Source: Camelus dromedarius
Taxonomy: Eukaryota
Direction: 5' to 3'
DNA: 64,000 bases
Assembly (NCBI RefSeq): GCF_036321535.1
Contig: NC_087437.1
Coordinates: 104,906,001-104,970,000, forward strand
Shown here: piece by piece, positions 62,805-64,000 of the stretch
Layout of the letters: each line of letters begins with the position of its first letter
How positions within the stretch are numbered: position 1 is the first letter of the stretch
Translations under genes and position numbers: made by a program
Notes under the pieces: generated by a model
What the model was told of the DNA's origin: nothing
Seen by the model: the letters and a program-made list of their open reading frames with translations, nothing else
Databases searched by the model: none

Positions 62805-63574
62805 GTAAGATAATACAGATATTTTTTCCATCAACTGGGAATGCCTTAGAGCACTGGTGAAAAGACAACCAGAGTAAAAATAAAATAAATATGTAGTCTA
62901 TGTAGCACCATTCCTTAATCATTTAGTTCAGTATCCCAACCTTTCCCAGTAATATTGGTGTATGGATAACTTCAACAAAGCACACCAGCTCCAACACACA
63001 GCTTACCAGGATCACGTTGTCCTAACATTAGATGGTCATTGTCTTGGGGCCAAAATAATAATAAAGGGAGATACAAAATTAGGTAAGTCTAATCAGGAGA
63101 TCTGGGGAGAGAGGCTGTGAATCACACAACTGTGAAAACTTCAATTGCAGTCATTAAAGTTTGAGTTGAGAGATAAATAATCCAGAAAAAAAAAAAGCCA
63201 GACTTTAAATGAAGCAAGGTAATAGAGATAGAAATCCACAATGCTGATTTAGAAAGCTCAAAGTCCATGGGTTGACAAATATTTGTGACACAAATATTTT
63301 CAGAGTACCATGGAGAGTTCTTGTGGACAGTTTTGCAAAAGACTGTCAGGCCTCTAGCAAGGGATCTTCCAATTTGAGAAATATCTGAGTCACTAGAAGG
63401 CAGCATTCAAAGTGTCCACTTGACTGAACAAAGAAGTCATGCATCTGTATAAACAGAAATTTTTCCTCTCTGTGTGTAACGGGAGATGTTTTTCTGTCTT
63501 TGAGCTGAATTTCTAAGCCAGGAGAGTTAAGGCAGAACAGTAACACGAACAAGTTTAACTCATACTATGCAATA

Positions 63575-63670
63575 CACAATAGTAAAAAGAGCACAGCTTT
63601 GGGTGCCAGAAAGTCCCCGGTTTGAATTCAAGCTCTCAAATTCTCAACAAACATGCTGACCTTTACAGGG
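63575..63670 (+). mobile_element. MIR 5' fragment
   Basis: agtaaaaagagcacagctttgggtgccaga...ggtttgaattcaagctct. Confidence 0.6.
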
Positions 63671-64000
63671 GGAGAAAAAAAAAAAAGCTATTTAGGATTC
63701 CTTCTTTGAAAATTTAGAAGCGTCAGCTGTCTAGTTTATAACCACATGAATTGTGCTTGTATATTATGTTCTTGTACTTTTTATTTTGTGAAATTATGCA
63801 GAAAATACACACACAAGCCATGTGTCCTCGATGAAGCAATAGATACAGAGATGCATTTACTTCCAGAGCAGCTCTGGGAAAATCCCAGGAATCTAATTGT
63901 CTGTGGACTAGTTTGAGAGTGTTTTGCTCTATTTACCCAATTTCTTAAAGCTTAGAAGTAGTTGTTCTCTAGGAAATATTTTCAGGTCTGATATTCAATT

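Noticed and set aside
1..64000. ORF track entries (60-157 aa) as host genes
   Set aside because: No recognisable protein family except L1 and CR1 ORF2 remnants. Most overlap repeats or low-complexity DNA, and I could not assemble a consistent exon chain.

Overview
AT-rich, non-coding mammalian genomic DNA, most likely camelid (alpaca/llama/camel). The taxon call rests on a tRNA-derived Vic-1-type SINE (20048-20215) and cetartiodactyl-type L1 3' ends. I found no host protein-coding exon, RNA gene, CpG island or CRISPR array. The ORF track is chance ORFs plus decayed L1 ORF2 and L3/CR1 ORF2 remnants. Roughly half the window is transposable-element debris of many ages: L3/CR1, L2, MIR, hAT DNA transposons, L1M, MaLR, ERVL and ERV1 solo LTRs, and young camelid L1/SINE. 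Many are nested, and several have readable target-site duplications (TSDs). Family names come from recognising consensus-like sequence by eye and need RepeatMasker/Dfam confirmation; most boundaries are approximate unless a TSD is given. I cannot demonstrate a new biological system from sequence alone. The best leads are regulatory: (i) an intact-looking solo LTR with an overlapping ISRE+GAS element, three CCAAT boxes, an octamer and a TATA box (31614-32120); (ii) two MER41-like LTRs whose STAT site has N4 (STAT6-type) spacing fused to a kB-like site; (iii) TE-poor stretches with developmental-enhancer motif grammar (about 5.2, 7.7 and 60 kb); (iv) a long L3/CR1 remnant carrying AP-1 and UPRE motifs.
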